The notes beneath the pieces are model-generated. The model saw only the letters and a program-made list of their open reading frames with translations, did not search any database and was not told where the DNA came from. A stretch of DNA of 53,116 nucleotides, filler included, from Jimgerdemannia flammicorona (Eukaryota), in assembly GCA_003990765.1 (NCBI GenBank). It is 2 parts of 2 records of this genome, joined end to end, with 100 filler letters (N's around TTAATTAATTAA, not from the genome) between each part and the next. Parts side by side here need not be neighbours in the genome. Positions count along the whole stretch, not along the records: positions 26,613 to 53,116 come from RBNJ01000723.1; 1 more part is not named here. One strand, given 5' to 3'. How positions within the stretch are numbered: the first letter of the stretch is position 1; each line of letters starts with the position of its first letter. Shown piece by piece: positions 50,533 to 53,116 of this stretch. The translations under genes and the position numbers were made by a program.

Positions 50533-51250
50533 CTAAGCGACCTGTTCAATAGAAGCAGACTTCTGCTCCTCAACATCCGTGGCGACGACCCTAGGCTTCA
50601 TGCCAGCTTCAGGACTCTCGAAGCTGACGACGTCGGCCATGCACACGTTGTGGGTGTTGTCCGGCCCGACGTGGAACACGCCGCAAAAGAGGTAGTGAGT
50701 GGATGTGTCCTTGGATTCTTCGGGCTCGGGTATGGGGGCCCAGACGACATGGATTACGCCGAGCTCGCGCCTGGGAGCGAGGGGGATGCCGTCGGTGGTG
50801 GTAACTTTATGAAAAAAAAAAAAAAAAAAAAAAAAATGGAACTCATTAATGAATGTAGACTGATTGTCCGTTCCAAGAACGGGGACAAAGACAAAACTCA
50901 CTCAGCTCAGTCGGGACGATGGAATGCAAAAGTTTTCCTTCAGCCGGCTGGCAGCAATCGGGGTTATTGAACTGCTCGCACGAGAGGCCGAACTCATGGA
51001 GCTCATGAATCGCGCTCACTTCGTCAACAACGCGGCCGATGGGCTCGATGATATTGTTGGGGCGGAGGAAGAAGTTGTGGCCGCGGTAGAAGCAGTTTAC
51101 CAAAGGTGCGGTGATTTTGCGATACGAGTCTATCAGGTGATGCTGGGCGACGACCTCGTCGGCGATGGGGATATTGGCGGCCGCGCTAAGCGTGGCAAGC
51201 AGGGCGAACAGGGCGGTGGCGAGCAGGACGATGCAGTTGAAGGCGGTCAT
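50533..51250 (-). CDS. Small secreted Cys-containing protein, possibly RNase T1-like fold, ~206 aa (exons 51250-50902, 50804-50533)
   Basis: Signal peptide MTAFNCIVLLATALFALLATLSAA; in-phase GTGAGT...AAG intron; C-terminus LGVIHVVW...YLFCGVFHVGPDNTHNVC resembles the end of fungal guanyl-specific RNases. The gene model is firmer than the fold call. Confidence 0.75.
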
Positions 51251-51714
51251 TGTTGTGAAGATGAGGGGGGTTTCGCTTTTTTTTCTTTTTCTTATTTTTC
51301 TTTGAAGAACTTGGATTGATTGGTGAGGCAGCTGAGGAAGTTGATAGAAAGTGGTAGGTCGACAGATGAGGGGTTTTATAGCCAAATCCCCTTGCTATCG
51401 AAAGGCCTTTGCATGGCACAACAAGTCCATCCGAAAGGCGCCTTTCTGGTAGCAGGAATAGCATCAGTGATGGCATCCAGATCGAATATAAACCGCCCTA
51501 GTTCAATATATTTCGGTTTCTATTGGGTTTGCACACTAATTAAAAAGCCGACTGTTATCCCAGATTTATCGATTTTCGAATCTACTAATGGTATAATGGC
51601 ATTGAAAGCACGAATGCAACAACACACCCCATCTTAGTTACAATCTACACCTTTTGATAACCCCCCACAGAAAAATAATGGGGGAAGAAAAGAATAATAA
51701 TAATAAAGAAATAA

Positions 51715-51730
51715 CTTTTTTCGGCTGCAC

Positions 51731-51763
<33 letters not shown>

Positions 51764-51842
51764 TTTTTCGGCCGCACCAAAAAAAAAAAAAAAAAAAAAC
51801 CTCCAGATATCAAGACCTATAGCTTGCCGGAAATCACGTGAT
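51715..51842. promoter_or_regulatory. Divergent promoter region with poly(dA) tracts and a palindromic ATCACGTGAT site
   Basis: Two copies of TTTTTTCGGCYGCACC each followed by a long A-run, and an E-box at 51833-51842, upstream of the bL34m start. Confidence 0.45.
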
Positions 51843-51895
51843 ATGATGATTTCATCGCGTTGCATGGCCAAAGCCACACACTGGGACGCTCATCC

Positions 51896-52484
51896 ATGTC
51901 GTTTCTTCGATCGATCCTTCGGTGCTCGCTGCCCAAGCCGCCAACGTCGTCGACGTTGGTTGCGATGCAGAGGTATGTGAGCGTGTGTCATCCGAGACGG
52001 CAGGAAGGTTAAGGGGTTTTTTTATCGAGCCTAAACCGTGCTTTCCTTTGCCTTCACTTGCAGGATGTCATTTTCCACAATCCTGACGTCGGGCAGCCGG
52101 CCGTCGCTACTTTCTAGCGCATGGCCAAGACCAACCGCGTGCCCAATGTACGTTGTGGGGGCAAGAATGGAGCAAAGTTCTACTTGAACCCCCCATACAG
52201 CCATACTATCTGCTGCAACGCTCCACCTTCCAAATGGCTCACCTACCCAACCCCCCCACCCCTCAAACCTCCCTAGCTTCCCTACCCTCTTCGCCCCCGC
52301 CCCGACATCCTCGCCGTTTGCCAGCTCCCTCCAGATTCGCTGCGGCACGTTTGGCAACACGTACCAGCCCAGCAACCTGGTACGCAAGCGCCGGCATGGA
52401 TTCCTGGCGCGGTTAAGGACCAAGGCGGGAAGGAGGATTCTCGCGAGGCGGAAGCTTAAAGGGCGGAAATACCTGACGCATTAG
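51896..52484 (+). CDS. MRPL34: Mitochondrial ribosomal protein bL34m, ~122 aa (exons 51896-51972, 52064-52147, 52277-52484)
   Basis: C-terminal [44 protein letters not shown] is the L34 signature; N-terminus is a Ser/Arg-rich targeting-like peptide; the second acceptor was chosen to keep frame. Confidence 0.93.
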
Positions 52485-52952
52485 TGAATACTGAAATGGT
52501 TGCAGACAAGGGATGATGGTGAATAGAACTAATACTGCTTTTAACATGGAGGAATGGTTATGATGTGGGTTGTGTGTAGGGGAGGGGGGAGGTTATCTAA
52601 ACGCAGATGCCATTGAGATGGAGTTGATTTGTTTGCCATACCGCGGGGTTTGGTGCATACTGTACGCGAAAGGAATAGTTTGAATATTGGCAGTCGAAAC
52701 CCATTATGCAACTCGGCACCAGCTACTAGTGATTCTCCATATTGTATAGCGGCAAATATCGTATTCAACAAGTGGCATAAAACATCATACATACGCGCAC
52801 GGCGCGAAACATCGTACATACGCGCACGAAAGAATACAAATTCTACTTGTGATCATCGTTCAAATCGGAACAAAAAAATGTCTAGAGTAAACTTTATATT
52901 TCAACACACAAAAAGTCCAACCCTTTCTTCCCCAATATATGCATTGCCCACA

Positions 52953-53116
52953 CTACAACGCCTTTCCCATCTCCATCTTCCTCTTTAGCGTCCTCTCGGC
53001 GCGGTAAATAAAACCATCGATCATGCCAGCGACGGTGAAGATACCGCCGACGATGGCGCAAACGCCCGTGAGGAAGCTGGTGAAGGAGGTACGGCTCTCC
53101 TTGTAGATGATGAGCA
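52953..53116 (-). CDS. ERV46: 3' end of ER-Golgi vesicle protein Erv46/ERGIC3 (partial)
   Basis: LIIYKESRTSFTSFLTGVCAIVGGIFTVAGMIDGFIYRAERTLKRKMEMGKAL*, the conserved C-terminal transmembrane segment and basic tail. Confidence 0.9.
   Translation of the reverse strand, partial: LIIYKESRTSFTSFLTGVCAIVGGIFTVAGMIDGFIYRAERTLKRKMEMGKAL

Noticed and set aside
50458..51319. Plus-strand ORFs 50458-50970 and 50864-51319
   Set aside because: They are antisense shadows of the spliced minus-strand secreted-protein gene; the poly-Lys run is the intron's T-tract.
51638..51980. Poly-Lys and poly-Phe ORFs
   Set aside because: They are translations of promoter poly(dA:dT) tracts.
52148..52200. Short second intron of MRPL34 ending at the CAG at 52200
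   Set aside because: A 53-nt intron shifts the frame into a stop; the acceptor at 52276 keeps the L34 frame.

Overview
This is eukaryotic, fungal-type DNA; an early-diverging lineage such as Mucoromycota is plausible but is inference. Positions 1 to ~47.6 kb are a nested, CpG-depleted cluster of decayed transposons. It holds three dUTPase-carrying Ty3/Gypsy LTR retrotransposons, a 14-kb head-to-head pair of endonuclease-less Penelope-like elements with a Ty1/Copia nested in one arm, a truncated LINE, two hAT transposase relics and related MITEs. An artificial 100-nt contig joiner lies at 26513-26612. From ~47.6 kb the DNA is ordinary CpG-containing gene space with four intron-containing or partial genes: a GPI-anchored Ser/Thr-rich protein, a secreted RNase T1-like protein, mitochondrial ribosomal protein bL34m and the 3' end of ERV46. 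The most interesting signal is not visible in the ORF track. It is a spliced, decayed gene at 26910-28466 that rebuilds into a TET/JBP-like Fe(II) dioxygenase (HxD...H), lying tail-to-tail with a hAT transposase and apparently inside the same element. All domain calls are from reading motifs by eye; no searches were run.
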